Shown in pieces: positions 18,698 through 29,458 of a DNA stretch of 64,000 nt (within the stretch, counting starts at the first letter, position 1; each line of letters begins with the position of its first letter). Source of the stretch: Armatimonadota bacterium (lineage in GTDB: Bacteria; Armatimonadota; Fimbriimonadia; Fimbriimonadales; GBS-DC); the NCBI GenBank assembly GCA_037444405.1, contig JBBIML010000008.1, forward strand, positions 1 through 64,000, written 5' to 3'. The translations under genes and the position numbers were made by a program. The notes under the pieces are model-generated. The model saw only the letters and a list, made by a program, of their open reading frames with translations. It searched no databases and was not told the DNA's origin.

Positions 18698-20335
18698 ATG
18701 GCACTGGGAACGGCGCGGGAGCGGCTTGCGGGGTTGCGCGATGTGCTAACACGGCCGCTGGAGTGGGCGTCTGCGTTAACTGCGCGCATCAGCAGCTGGA
18801 TGACGCAGGAGCGCTGGACGAACTTGCTCACCATCACGGCGGTGGTGCTGGCGAATCTGGTGATCCTGGGCTTTTTGCTGCAGGGTCAGGACAACCGCGC
18901 GATCCTGTTCACGATTCTGATGCTGCTGGCACCGCTGGCGTTTTTCGTCCCCGAATTGAGCGTAGTGATTTTTATCACAGCGGGTTCTGGGTTATTAGTC
19001 AACGCGCCATATTTTGTCGTTGGACCTGGCATCGGCACGGGAAAACACACACTTATTCTGCTCTTTTTTGGGATTGTTTCTGCGCGTGCGATTTACGAAT
19101 ATATCCGCATTCCGCGTGGGGAGCGTCCCCGTATTTTTTCATGGTTCACTGTTCTATTATCGCTTTTTTGGGCTTACTACATATTTCATGTGGGCTATAT
19201 TTACATTTTCATGCCAGAAAGGACTGCGTATGACACTGTGGAGATCGTGCTGGGATATGCACGCCAAGGGATTGTTCGCTACTTTGATGCGCACATGCTC
19301 TGGATAGGTATTCTCCCTCTAATGATTCTGCTACGGGATGTGCAGCGTGTGAAGCGTGTCGCGGTGGCACTTGGAATCGTGCTGACACTGGCGCTTCTCT
19401 CGATTCTCTGGGAGTATTTTGCGCCACTGCCATACTTCTGGAAGGTTCTGTTTCAGTTGAAAGCCGCTGGGGAGACCGAAGAGGGTTATCGTATCCGCGA
19501 ACCTGCTGGGCTTTATATTGTTGTGATGGGTTTCTTTTTTGCGCTTTATTCATTGGGCTACTACCGTGGCTGGAAAGCGGCTGTTGCAGTCGTCTACCTC
19601 GCGTTAGCGTCATATGCAGTTCTGGCAACCAAAAATCGGGCGTTATGGGGGGGGATGATGGCTGTGATACCGCTGGTGCTGCTCTGGAAGCCGCCGCAGG
19701 CGCTGTTGCGTCAACTACAGATCGGTTTAATAGCGATTCTATTTGGGCTGGCGCTGATGTTGCATCCTGTAGTGAAGGGGGTGGTGAATCAAATCATTTC
19801 TGAGGCGGCTCAGCGATGGGAGCGCAACTACGCGTTTGGTGGTGACCCACGCAACGACCCATCCTATCAGACGCGGGTGCAGGAGCGTGAAGCGTGGGAG
19901 ATACGCATGGAGCGATTAACGGGCTGGCAGCGCCTTTTCGGAGCCGGGCTTGAAGCCGATTATGGACGGTATGTTTCGCTCACTCAAGCGGGAATTCAGA
20001 ACCCTCGCTTTAGAAATGTGTATATTTTGAAAACTGAAATGCACTTTTCCTGGCTGATGCGTCAGCTCCATATCGGTTTGATCGGCGCTGGCTTGCTGGC
20101 ACTGCTCCTGATAGGTTTCTTCATCCGTGCAGTGCAGGCATTCTTTGGCTGTCATACTCCATGGGTGCGTTCACTGGTGATTGCAGTGGCAGCAGCGATG
20201 ATTTCGGTGCTTGCTTTCGACATGATACATTCCGATATACTGGATGACACGGCATCCCTGCCCGTGGTGCTGTCATGGTCGATGGTGGAGCTGGTATTTC
20301 ACTGGAAGCGCACCTGCCAGATTGATGCCGCCTGA
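18698..20335 (+). CDS. Polytopic membrane protein, O-antigen ligase/polymerase-like
   Basis: Many TM segments; ATKNRALW, LFGAGL, MHFSWL...GLIG; sits in a glycosyltransferase cluster. Confidence 0.6.
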   Translation: MALGTARERLAGLRDVLTRPLEWASALTARISSWMTQERWTNLLTITAVVLANLVILGFLLQGQDNRAILFTILMLLAPLAFFVPELSVVIFITAGSGLLVNAPYFVVGPGIGTGKHTLILLFFGIVSARAIYEYIRIPRGERPRIFSWFTVLLSLFWAYYIFHVGYIYIFMPERTAYDTVEIVLGYARQGIVRYFDAHMLWIGILPLMILLRDVQRVKRVAVALGIVLTLALLSILWEYFAPLPYFWKVLFQLKAAGETEEGYRIREPAGLYIVVMGFFFALYSLGYYRGWKAAVAVVYLALASYAVLATKNRALWGGMMAVIPLVLLWKPPQALLRQLQIGLIAILFGLALMLHPVVKGVVNQIISEAAQRWERNYAFGGDPRNDPSYQTRVQEREAWEIRMERLTGWQRLFGAGLEADYGRYVSLTQAGIQNPRFRNVYILKTEMHFSWLMRQLHIGLIGAGLLALLLIGFFIRAVQAFFGCHTPWVRSLVIAVAAAMISVLAFDMIHSDILDDTASLPVVLSWSMVELVFHWKRTCQIDAA

Positions 20336-20346
20336 TATCACCATCA

Positions 20347-21489
20347 ATGAGCCAGATTGAGAGGCACACGCTTTTCCAGGTTGTCGGTAGCCTTGCTGTA
20401 GCAGGGGCGGAGCGACTGGTTCTGAATCTGCTCCTGCACCATGACCGCAGCCGATATCATCCCATTTGTGTCTGTCTGCAAGACCCGAAGGGTTCTTACT
20501 ATGAAGAAAGGCTCAGAGCGGCAGGAATAGAGGTTCATTTTTTGGGTAAAGGGTCAAAGGCAAGCTGGAGTGCTTTCAGGAAGCTGGACGCGCTTTTTAG
20601 GCAATATCGTCCTGCGATTGTACACACGCACCTGATAGCACTCAGCTACGCCTATTTTCCCATGATGCGATATCGCACTCCGGTGCGCGTTCACACAGTG
20701 CATAACTTGGCTCACAAGGAGATTGGTGTGCGCGTTGCGCGGTTCGTACGGCTGCTGGCTTTTCGGTATCGGATTGGCGGCGTGGTGCCTGTTGCAATTG
20801 CGGAGGAGGTGCGTAAAACGATTCAACAAGTTTACGGCTACCCCGATCCACCGCTCATTCCCAACGGGATTTCCACTGATGAGTATGCACCCGACCCTGT
20901 AGGCCGTGCTTGCTGGCGTGCGGAAAATGTTATCGAACCCGACGCGATAGTCATCACTGTTGTAGGGCGCCTCACGGAACAAAAAAACCATGCGCTTCTA
21001 TTGAGGGCTTTTGCTCGCTTGCATTCTATCCAACCATTGCGCCTACTGGTTGTTGGCGATGGTGAATTGAGACAGCAGCTGGAGCAGCAAGCAGCAGAAT
21101 CAGGAATTTCGGCAAAAGTACGCTTTCTGGGCCTGCGCGCGGATGTGCCCGCCATCTTGAATGCATCGGACATTTTTGTGCTTCCATCACGCTGGGAGGG
21201 CAATCCGCTATCTGTGCAGGAGGCGATGGCGAGTGGGCTGCCTGTGGTCGCCACAACCGTGGGAGGTGTGCCCGAACTGGTCGAGAATGGCGTCAGTGGA
21301 CTGCTGGTGCCCAGCGAGGATGAAGCGGCTCTTGCAAACGCCCTGCAAACCCTGATCGACCACCCCCATCTACGCCAGCAGATGGGCGAGGCGGCACTGA
21401 TACGCGCCCGCCAGCGCTTCGATATCCGCATCACGGTTCAGCAATATGAACAGCTCTACGAGACCCTGCTGACCAGAAGCCGCTCATGA
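20347..21489 (+). CDS. GT4 glycosyltransferase
   Basis: GAERLV, IPNGI, VGRLTEQKN, PSRWEGNPLSVQEAMASG. Confidence 0.92.
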   Translation: MSQIERHTLFQVVGSLAVAGAERLVLNLLLHHDRSRYHPICVCLQDPKGSYYEERLRAAGIEVHFLGKGSKASWSAFRKLDALFRQYRPAIVHTHLIALSYAYFPMMRYRTPVRVHTVHNLAHKEIGVRVARFVRLLAFRYRIGGVVPVAIAEEVRKTIQQVYGYPDPPLIPNGISTDEYAPDPVGRACWRAENVIEPDAIVITVVGRLTEQKNHALLLRAFARLHSIQPLRLLVVGDGELRQQLEQQAAESGISAKVRFLGLRADVPAILNASDIFVLPSRWEGNPLSVQEAMASGLPVVATTVGGVPELVENGVSGLLVPSEDEAALANALQTLIDHPHLRQQMGEAALIRARQRFDIRITVQQYEQLYETLLTRSRS

Positions 21490-22710
21490 GTTCGCAAGGT
21501 GCGCAGTATCTCCAGAGGGCATGTCTCTATCGCTTTGCTCGATAGTCTTTGGTGGATGCTTCCAGCAGAGGCGCCTGTTGTGCAAAATGCTTTGATACAG
21601 AGCTTCATAGGCGCGTACTGTGTGGCGCATGTCGAAGCGTTCCACCGCGCGCTGGCGTGCTGATGCGCTCATTCGGTGACGCTGCCTCTCATCGCGAATC
21701 AGGAGCCGCATGGCAGCGGTTAGCTCCTGCAGGTTTTCACTGGGGATTAATATCCCTGAGACGCCATCTTCCACCAGTTCTGGAATCCCTCCAACTCTGC
21801 TGGCAATCACAGGCAACCCCGCTGCCATTGCCTCCATAACAGATAAGGGATTCCCTTCCCAAAGAGACGGAAACACAAAAACATCCGCGGCACAAAGTAG
21901 GTGGGGGATATCATGGCGTACGCCCAGAAACTGAACGCGATGCCCGATGCCCAATTGCTGCACCTTTTCCTGGATTGCTCCCCGTAGCTCGCCTTCGCCC
22001 ACAAGCCACAGGGAAATAGGAACCTGCTCCTGCATACAAAGAGTGGCAAACGCCCCGACGAGCAGTTCATGGTTTTTGACAGGCGCAAATCGCCCCACAT
22101 GAATAAAAACGATGGTGCGATCGCCCGCTCCAAGCATGCGACGAATCTCTATGCGTTGCTTTAAATCGCAGCTGAAATCTTCTGTGGGGATGCCATTCGG
22201 AATAATTACAGGAGACGGGCGCCCATAAATCGTCTGAAAGGTTCGCGCAACCTCTTCGGAGATGGCTACAGGTACAAAGGAGCCAACTCGATACTTGAAA
22301 GCAAGGATCCGCACCCAGCGATTGGAACCCGATCCGATTTCTTCGTGAGAAACACTATGTATGGTGTGAACTCGCACAGGAGTTCGATGTTTGATACTTA
22401 AAAAATAGGCATATCGAATACCGCTCAGATGTGTGTGTACAATCGATGGATTGTATTTATTAAACAAATAATTAAGGTTTTTGTTGTGAATCCATCGAAG
22501 GGGTTTATTGCTAACTTCCAGAAAATAGAGAGGCACACCCATTTGCTTCACAGCGGTTTCCAGATGTGTCCCGAGCGGAGATCGCAGGCAGATGCAGACA
22601 GGGAAGTAGCGCGATCGATCATGATAGCGCAACATGTTCACTACGAACTGTTCCGCCCCGCCTACCGTGAGAGAATTGACTATATGGAACACGACCAGCT
22701 GCTGACCCAC
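21484..22710 (-). CDS. GT4 glycosyltransferase (inverted paralog)
   Basis: GGAEQF, IPNGI, PSLWEGNPLSVMEAMAAG; GTG start at 22710 lies 6 nt after TGGTATAAT. Confidence 0.9.
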   Translation of the reverse strand: MGQQLVVFHIVNSLTVGGAEQFVVNMLRYHDRSRYFPVCICLRSPLGTHLETAVKQMGVPLYFLEVSNKPLRWIHNKNLNYLFNKYNPSIVHTHLSGIRYAYFLSIKHRTPVRVHTIHSVSHEEIGSGSNRWVRILAFKYRVGSFVPVAISEEVARTFQTIYGRPSPVIIPNGIPTEDFSCDLKQRIEIRRMLGAGDRTIVFIHVGRFAPVKNHELLVGAFATLCMQEQVPISLWLVGEGELRGAIQEKVQQLGIGHRVQFLGVRHDIPHLLCAADVFVFPSLWEGNPLSVMEAMAAGLPVIASRVGGIPELVEDGVSGILIPSENLQELTAAMRLLIRDERQRHRMSASARQRAVERFDMRHTVRAYEALYQSILHNRRLCWKHPPKTIEQSDRDMPSGDTAHLANS

Positions 22711-22797
22711 AAAGGGATTATACCACAGTGAGGAAGGCATCCTGCCAGAAACGATCGCGATAAAAACCCCCTTTGTGCCATAATAGATATCCAGAAC

Positions 22798-24270
22798 ATG
22801 GAGCAAATAAGGTCTGAAGAGCCACTTCGCAAGCGTGTTATCGCAGGGGGAGCCTATTTAATGTTACGGCGCGGTGTTTCTGCAGCGCTGAGCCTGGTAG
22901 GCGCTATCTTCTTAACACGGCTTGTTGGTCCAGAAAACTACGGGCTTTTTACTGCAGCACTTGGTATCTATACATATGTGCAATCGCTGGGCATTATGGG
23001 GGTTAATGTCTATCTCGTTCGCGACCAGCGGGGCAAGGATTTGGATATTTTTCATCTGGCGTTCTGGTGGTTTTTGATCTATGGTGTTTTTCTTACATTA
23101 ATTTGCTGTGCTATAGTTGTACTCGCTGGGCATGTTTGGGTGCGTACAGAAGGATTTATAGCTGTTTCGATGCTTATGCTGGCAAGTGTTCCGTTTATCT
23201 TGATCGCTTGTGTGCCCCAATCAATAGCAGAGAAAAACTTAGATTATCGTAAAGTAGCATTTGTTGAGATCTTTTCGCAACTTCTGTACTACGCTGTGGC
23301 TATTCCCCTGGCCTGGTTGGGGAATGGTGTATGGGCGCTTGTTGCCGGTTTCTGGCTCAGCCAACTGGCACTCGCTTTGGGATACTTTGCTTCTGTACGA
23401 TATGTTCCGCGCTGGTATTTTAGCACGGGTGATCTCAAGCACATGCTAAGTTATGGCTTCTCTCAGGCGCTTTCAGTGTGGGTATATCATTTACGCAGTT
23501 TGACCCCGGCATTCCTGCTGCTGCCAATAGCGGGCAAAGAAGCCGCTGGCTACTTTGCTCTGGCAAATCGGTTGCTCACAATCCTCAGTTTTGCTTACGA
23601 AACGGTAAACCGCCTCGCTGTACCTACCTTTTCTCGCGTTCAAGACAGTACACAGCGGCTGCTGAGAGCCATTACCGAAGCCATTCAGATGCAGGTGCTG
23701 ATTGTCGGAGTAACGTTTATCGGCTTTGGCACAATCGCCCCTTTGTTAATGCCCATTGTATTAGGAGATAAGTGGAATACAGGATATTTGTTATTTGTAT
23801 ATTCCATTTTAGGAATCAGGGTAATATTTGCGTCGATCTTTTCCATTCAGGGTTGGGCGCTGGTGGTCAAGAAGCGCAACTGGCTGGTCTTCGGTGCGAA
23901 CGCTTCTGGAGCAGTGGCGCTGATTGCTTTAGGATACATAGCCTCTTATTTCTTTAATCAAAAAAACTACCTGATTGCATTCTGCATCTCAGATATTCTC
24001 TCGTACATACCCGTTTTTGTGATCCAGCATTATGGGGTTCGTAAGCATCTTGGAAAGGTGGACTACCGTATTGCCTTTTTGTGGACAATGGCAGTAATCA
24101 GCGGTATGCTGGCGCTGTTTACAGCATGGTGGCTTTTTCTGGTTGCCATAGCCTTGCTGATGCATCCCGCCAGCTTGAAGCAGATAGGCGAATTATATCA
24201 GGCAATTAAGGCTTCCTTCTCCAAGAGAGATGCCCCGAGCGGATTGTCAGGCAGTCCCAAGCAAGAGTGA
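22798..24270 (+). CDS. Wzx-type polysaccharide flippase
   Basis: LTRLVGPENYGLF, GVWALV, AGYFALANRL; many TM segments. Confidence 0.88.
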   Translation: MEQIRSEEPLRKRVIAGGAYLMLRRGVSAALSLVGAIFLTRLVGPENYGLFTAALGIYTYVQSLGIMGVNVYLVRDQRGKDLDIFHLAFWWFLIYGVFLTLICCAIVVLAGHVWVRTEGFIAVSMLMLASVPFILIACVPQSIAEKNLDYRKVAFVEIFSQLLYYAVAIPLAWLGNGVWALVAGFWLSQLALALGYFASVRYVPRWYFSTGDLKHMLSYGFSQALSVWVYHLRSLTPAFLLLPIAGKEAAGYFALANRLLTILSFAYETVNRLAVPTFSRVQDSTQRLLRAITEAIQMQVLIVGVTFIGFGTIAPLLMPIVLGDKWNTGYLLFVYSILGIRVIFASIFSIQGWALVVKKRNWLVFGANASGAVALIALGYIASYFFNQKNYLIAFCISDILSYIPVFVIQHYGVRKHLGKVDYRIAFLWTMAVISGMLALFTAWWLFLVAIALLMHPASLKQIGELYQAIKASFSKRDAPSGLSGSPKQE

Positions 24271-24340
24271 TGGCGGATCCGCTCTAAGGTAGACTTTCAA
24301 AATGCTCGATTATACACCACTTCAGGTACACTTGGGGGTA

Positions 24341-25507
24341 ATGCACGGCGAGGCTCAGCCCCTTTTTCAGATCGTGCCCAGTCTGGTGGTCGGCGGTGCG
24401 GAGCGGCTGGTGGTGAACCTGTTGCTGCACCTGAACCGTCAGCGCTATGCGCCAGTGGCGATTTGCCTGGAAAAGCCGCTGGGCACGCATTATGAGACGG
24501 CGCTGCAGCAGGCGGGCATTCCGCTCTATTTTCTGGGCAAGGGCAGTGGGGCTAACGCGCGCGTTTATCGTCAGCTGCAGGCGCTGTTTCGCCAGTATCG
24601 CCCCACCGTCGTGCACACGCACATTATCGGGCTGAACTATGCCTATCCCCTGATGCTGCTTTATCGCACGCCCGCGTGTGTGCATACGATTCACAGCCTG
24701 GCGCCAAAAGAGATGGGGGTTCGGGTGGGCAAGTGGGTGCGGTTGCTGGCGTTCCGCTATCGCATCGGGCGCGTCGTGCCGGTTGCTGTGGCAGCGGGGG
24801 TTCAGCGAACCATAGAACAGCTTTACGGCTATCGGGATGCGCCCCTGATACCCAACGGCATCCCCACCGATGAGTACGCGCCCGATATGGAACGGCGTCT
24901 GCGCTGGCGAGCCGAGCAGGGGTTGGAACCGCACGCGATGGTCATCACCACAGTGGGGCGGCTGGTGGCGCTCAAGAACCATGCGCTGCTAATGCGCGCT
25001 TTTGCCCAGCTGCGGGCACCCGTGCCTCTCTATCTGCTGATTGTGGGCACGGGCGAACAGGAGGTTGCCATCCGCCAGCAGGTCGAGGCGTTGCGGCTCT
25101 CGGAGCGGGTTCGCCTGCTGGGACAGCGTTCCGATGTGCCCGATATTCTGAACGCTTCGGACATCTTTGTGCTTTCCTCGCGGGTGGAGGGCAACCCGCT
25201 GTCGGTGCAGGAGGCGATGGCGAGCGGGCTGCCTGTGGTCGCGACGGCGGTAGGGGGTGTGCCCGAACTGGTTGAGGATGGCATCAGTGGACTACTGGTG
25301 CCCTCCGAGGATGAATCGGCACTGACCCATGCGCTGCAGACGCTCATCGATCAGCCTGAGCGACGGCAACAGATGGGCATCGCGGCGCGCCAGCGTGCAG
25401 TTGCCCACTTCGACATCCGCCACACAGTGCGCCGCTACGAAGCCCTGTATGAAGCCCTGCTTCAGGGCGGTCGCCTCACATCACCAGCAGGTGCCTCCCA
25501 GCACTGA
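24341..25507 (+). CDS. GT4 glycosyltransferase (paralog of 20347..21489)
   Basis: GGAERLV, LLAFRYRIG, EGNPLSVQEAMASG. Confidence 0.92.
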   Translation: MHGEAQPLFQIVPSLVVGGAERLVVNLLLHLNRQRYAPVAICLEKPLGTHYETALQQAGIPLYFLGKGSGANARVYRQLQALFRQYRPTVVHTHIIGLNYAYPLMLLYRTPACVHTIHSLAPKEMGVRVGKWVRLLAFRYRIGRVVPVAVAAGVQRTIEQLYGYRDAPLIPNGIPTDEYAPDMERRLRWRAEQGLEPHAMVITTVGRLVALKNHALLMRAFAQLRAPVPLYLLIVGTGEQEVAIRQQVEALRLSERVRLLGQRSDVPDILNASDIFVLSSRVEGNPLSVQEAMASGLPVVATAVGGVPELVEDGISGLLVPSEDESALTHALQTLIDQPERRQQMGIAARQRAVAHFDIRHTVRRYEALYEALLQGGRLTSPAGASQH

Positions 25508-25537
25508 GCACCCCACGCGAGTGAGCAGCCTTATCTG

Positions 25538-26509
25538 TCATGGCAGTTGAATCTCCCTTGCCCAGCCGCGATTCTGGAGGTACCATTCGACGCAGCGGCG
25601 CAGTCCCTCTTCGAGGGGCACCTGCGGTTCCCAGCCGAGCAGGGTGCGCGCGCGGGTGATGTCCGCCCAGGTGGCTTTCACATCGGCGGGGTGCATCGGT
25701 GCCTGAACCCAGCGGGCGGGCTTGCCCAGCAGGCGCTCCAGCGTTTCAATCACCCAGCGCAGCGACACGGGACGGTCGCCCCCCAGATTGATGATGGCGT
25801 AGCCGAGCGGTTTGAGCGCGGCAATCGTGCCCCGCGCGATGTCGTCCACATAGGTGAAGTCGCGCTCCTGCAAGCCGTCCCCAAGCAGTTGAATCGGCTC
25901 GCCCTCCGCAATCCAGCGTACGAATCGGAAGATGCTCATATCGGGTCGCCCCGCGGGACCGTACACGGTGAAGTAGCGCAGCACCGTGATGTCCAGTCCA
26001 TAGAGGTGGTGGTAGGTGTGGCAGAGAGCTTCCGCGCCCTTTTTGGAGGCGGCGTAAGGGGAGAGCGGCTGGTCGGTCGGCTGATCCTCGCGGAAGGGGC
26101 GTTCGTTATTGCCGTACAGGCTGGAGGTGGATGCCAGAATATATTTGGGCACATCGTGGAGCCGGCACAGTTCCAGCAGGTTCAGTGCGCCCGTGATGTT
26201 GGTGGCGACATAGACCCATGGGTTCTCTACGCTCTGGCGCACGCCTGCGCGCGCCGCCAGATTGATCACCGCGTCGTAGGGGCGATAGGCTTCGAACAGC
26301 GCCCGCGTCGCCTCCCAGTCGCTGATGTCCAGCTGGTGAAACTGGAAGTTCGGGAAGCGTTCCAGCCGGGTCAGTCGCCACTGTTTGAGGCGGGGGTCAT
26401 AGGCGTCGTTGAGGTTGTCCACACCGATGACCTGCGCCTCCTGTTCCAGCAACAGTTCCGCCGTTTTTGCGCCGATAAAGCCCGCGCACCCTGTGAGAAA
26501 GATTCGCAT
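25538..26509 (-). CDS. NAD-dependent nucleotide-sugar epimerase (UDP-glucuronate 4-epimerase-like)
   Basis: TGCAGFIG, LAARAGVR, YAASK, FTVYGPAGRPDM. Confidence 0.9.
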   Translation of the reverse strand: MRIFLTGCAGFIGAKTAELLLEQEAQVIGVDNLNDAYDPRLKQWRLTRLERFPNFQFHQLDISDWEATRALFEAYRPYDAVINLAARAGVRQSVENPWVYVATNITGALNLLELCRLHDVPKYILASTSSLYGNNERPFREDQPTDQPLSPYAASKKGAEALCHTYHHLYGLDITVLRYFTVYGPAGRPDMSIFRFVRWIAEGEPIQLLGDGLQERDFTYVDDIARGTIAALKPLGYAIINLGGDRPVSLRWVIETLERLLGKPARWVQAPMHPADVKATWADITRARTLLGWEPQVPLEEGLRRCVEWYLQNRGWAREIQLP

Positions 26510-26589
26510 CGCTGGTTCCCTCAGGCAGATTATTCCACATCGTGCCTGGAACGGCTATGGAATTATAGCACACAGGTGTTGTGCGGGTG

Positions 26590-26617
26590 GGGTGCGACGA
26601 CAGCCGTCGTCGCACCC
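26590..26617. terminator. 12-bp perfect hairpin downstream of ftsZ (terminator or REP-like)
   Basis: GGGTGCGACGAC-AGCC-GTCGTCGCACCC; no U tract. Confidence 0.5.
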
Positions 26618-26628
26618 ACAGCAACGGG

Positions 26629-27816
26629 TTATTGCATATTGTGTCGGCGGAGGAAGGTGGGGATGTCGTACTCGTCGGGGTCCAGCTTGCGGTCGCGGCT
26701 GGTGGTGCCAGGCGGGTTGATGGTGGAGGGCTGAGGTGGACGCGGCGTCGATGGGCGTGTATTGGGCGGCAGCAGCACGGTAGACAGCAGCTCCTCCTTC
26801 GGCTCGAGCTGAACGACTGCCTGACCGCGCGGCGTGGTTGGGAAGCCCGCTACCAGCAGAGTCACATAGACCACATCCTCGATATTGGGGTCCTTGACCC
26901 AGCCCACGATGATGTTGGCTTCGTCGGGGTCCACCCGCTGGTAGAGGTGGTTCAGTGCCTCTTCGAACTCGTGGAGACCCATATCCTGCGGGGTGGTGAC
27001 ATTGACCAGCACGCGCGTGGCGCCGTCGATGGAGGTTTCCAGCAGTTTGCTGGTCATGGCGCTCTGAATGGCTTGCAATCCGCGTTGTTCGCCTGTGCCT
27101 TTGCCCAGTCCCATCATTGCGGTGCCGGCGTCGCGGAGGACGGTCTGCACATCGGCGAAGTCGACATTAATCTCACCGGGTTTCTGAATGATGTCGGAGA
27201 TGCCCTGCACACCATAGCGCAGCACATCGTCAGCGAGTCGGAAGGCTTCGGTCATGGTGGTGGTTCGGTCGGCGATATCGACGAGGCGGCTGTTGTGGAT
27301 GACGATCATGGCGTCGACGAACTCCTGGAGTTGCTGGGCGCCGGTGTCGGCGACTCTGGCGCGGCGCGGTCCTTCGAATCGGAAGGGTTTGGTAACGACG
27401 GCGATGGTGAGGGCGCCCATGTCGCGGGCGATTTCGGCGACGATGGGGGCGGCGCCGGTGCCCGTGCCGCCGCCCAGCCCGGCGGTGACGAACACCAGGT
27501 CAGCCCCTTCGAGGATGTGGGCGATTTCGTTGCGGCTCTCTTCGGCGGCTTTGCGTCCCACATCGGGGTTGCCTCCTGCGCCCAGCCCGCGCGTCACACT
27601 GGGACCCAGCTGCAGTTTCTGGGGCGCCCTGGAGAGGTTGAGGACCTGCGCGTCGGTGTTCATCGCGATAAACTCCACGCCCTGAATGCCGACTTCAATC
27701 ATACGGTTGACGGCGTTGCTGCCGCCGCCTCCGACGCCCACAACCTTGATACGCGCCTCACGGATCTCGGTCGGCTCCGTATTCGGTCTGCTCGTTTGGG
27801 TGCTATCCTTTGCCAT
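26629..27816 (-). CDS. ftsZ: Cell division protein FtsZ
   Basis: [26 protein letters not shown]-terminal DIPTFLRR. Confidence 0.98.
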   Translation of the reverse strand: MAKDSTQTSRPNTEPTEIREARIKVVGVGGGGSNAVNRMIEVGIQGVEFIAMNTDAQVLNLSRAPQKLQLGPSVTRGLGAGGNPDVGRKAAEESRNEIAHILEGADLVFVTAGLGGGTGTGAAPIVAEIARDMGALTIAVVTKPFRFEGPRRARVADTGAQQLQEFVDAMIVIHNSRLVDIADRTTTMTEAFRLADDVLRYGVQGISDIIQKPGEINVDFADVQTVLRDAGTAMMGLGKGTGEQRGLQAIQSAMTSKLLETSIDGATRVLVNVTTPQDMGLHEFEEALNHLYQRVDPDEANIIVGWVKDPNIEDVVYVTLLVAGFPTTPRGQAVVQLEPKEELLSTVLLPPNTRPSTPRPPQPSTINPPGTTSRDRKLDPDEYDIPTFLRRHNMQ

Positions 27817-27866
27817 GGCTTTGCTCCTTGTTCCTGACTTTGTTGGGTGGGCTGATAGTGCCCGCT

Positions 27867-29102
27867 TTAGCGTTTGAACAGGCGTTTGAACAACTGGATA
27901 AACCGTTGCCAGAGGTGAAGCGTCCAGCCTTCGTCGGGATGGTGTTGCAGTTCGTGCAGAGCATAGAGCAGCAGTCCGATGGCGGTGGCAAACGGTGGCT
28001 GCTGCAGGCTCTGGTTCAGGCTGGCATGCGCGTCGCCTTTGAGCGTTGGTGTGCCGATGCGCACGGGCAGTGCGCCGAAAATCTGCCGCCCCAGTTCGGC
28101 AGTGCAGGGCAGGCAGGCGCCGCCGCCGGTCAACACCACGCCTGCCATCAGTCGGTCGGCAAGCCCGGACTGCTGGATTTCCTGGTATGCCAGCTCCAGA
28201 ATCTCGCGCATGCGCTCCTCAATCACTTCGGTCAGGATTCGGCGGGGCACGCGCCGCTGCTGCATCGTGCCCATCTCCCGATAGGTCACCAGCTCATCGG
28301 CGGGCACGCGCTCCGCCAGCGCGCACCCGTACTCCCGTTTGACCCGTTCCGCTTCCTCGGGGGAGGCGATGCGGAACATTAAGTATACATCACGCGACAC
28401 ATGGTTGCCGCCCAATGGCACCACGCCGGTGTAGGCGAGGCAGCCCTCGATAAAGATGGCGACATCGGTGGTGCCGCCGCCGATATCGAGCAGGGCGACG
28501 CCCACCTCGCGCTCTTCGGGACTCAGCACCGCCAGCCCCGAAGCGTAGGGTTCCACCACCAGCGCAAGCGGTTGAAGCCCCGCCCGCTCCACACACTTGC
28601 GCAGATTCTGCAAGAAGGTCACTCCTCCTGTCACCAGTAGCGCTTCCGCTTCCACATGCGTTGCGCTCATGCCGATGGGGTTCACAATCCCGCGCTGACC
28701 ATTCACGCTGTAGTGGCGGATCAGGGTGTGCAGCAGCTCGCGGTCGGGCGGCAGCGCCACCTGTTGCACCTGAAAGCGGAGGCGTTCGATATCCTCTTCG
28801 GTGATTTCGCGGTCGGGTCGGGCAATCACGATCTCGGAACGGCGCTGGATGGTCTCGATGTGCGCCCCTGTAACGCCGACATAGGCAGCGGTGACGGGCG
28901 TATCCGCCATCGACTGGGCGTCCTGCACGGCGTGTTCGATGGCAGCAACGGTCTGGTCAAGGTCAACGATCATGCCCTGACGCAGCCCGCGCGAGGGACA
29001 GACGCCATAGCCGATAATCTGCAGCGATCGCTCCGGTGTCGGCTGAGCGATCAGGCAGCAGACCTTCGTCGTGCCCACATCAAGCGCCACCATCGGGTTC
29101 AT
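27867..29102 (-). CDS. ftsA: Cell division protein FtsA
   Basis: [22 protein letters not shown]. Confidence 0.96.
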   Translation of the reverse strand: MNPMVALDVGTTKVCCLIAQPTPERSLQIIGYGVCPSRGLRQGMIVDLDQTVAAIEHAVQDAQSMADTPVTAAYVGVTGAHIETIQRRSEIVIARPDREITEEDIERLRFQVQQVALPPDRELLHTLIRHYSVNGQRGIVNPIGMSATHVEAEALLVTGGVTFLQNLRKCVERAGLQPLALVVEPYASGLAVLSPEEREVGVALLDIGGGTTDVAIFIEGCLAYTGVVPLGGNHVSRDVYLMFRIASPEEAERVKREYGCALAERVPADELVTYREMGTMQQRRVPRRILTEVIEERMREILELAYQEIQQSGLADRLMAGVVLTGGGACLPCTAELGRQIFGALPVRIGTPTLKGDAHASLNQSLQQPPFATAIGLLLYALHELQHHPDEGWTLHLWQRFIQLFKRLFKR

Positions 29103-29458
29103 CCGCGCGATTTCCTCAACGATAACTGGTTCAGGTAGTAGCGTCGGATAATCGACAGGTTCAGGAACATCCGTCCGCCGAGCGTGACAACCGCGGCGAG
29201 GAAGAGGTCAACGCCCATGCGGTCGCCAAGATAAGCCAGGAGCGAGGCGAGCAAGGCGTTCACGATGAAGCCCGACACGAACACATCGGGGTGGAACCGC
29301 CCCTCCAGCGCCGCGCGCCAGCCGCCAAAAATGGTATCCAGCCCCGCCAGCGCCGCCAGCGACAGGTACGACGCCCACTCCGCCGGAATCGGGATGTCCA
29401 GCAGCAGGTACGCCACCAGCAGTCCGAGCAACAGTCCGAGCATGCCAATCGCAATCAC
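29099..29458 (-). CDS. Small basic protein (DUF1290/Sbp family)
   Basis: YLSLAALAGLDTIFGG, FLNLSIIRR; typical position after DUF881. Confidence 0.85.
   Translation of the reverse strand: MIAIGMLGLLLGLLVAYLLLDIPIPAEWASYLSLAALAGLDTIFGGWRAALEGRFHPDVFVSGFIVNALLASLLAYLGDRMGVDLFLAAVVTLGGRMFLNLSIIRRYYLNQLSLRKSRG

Noticed and set aside
26581..27837. Long antisense ORFs (418 aa opposite ftsZ; others opposite ftsI, the epimerase, clpX and tgt)
   Set aside because: Shadow frames of GC-rich genes with no recognisable motifs.
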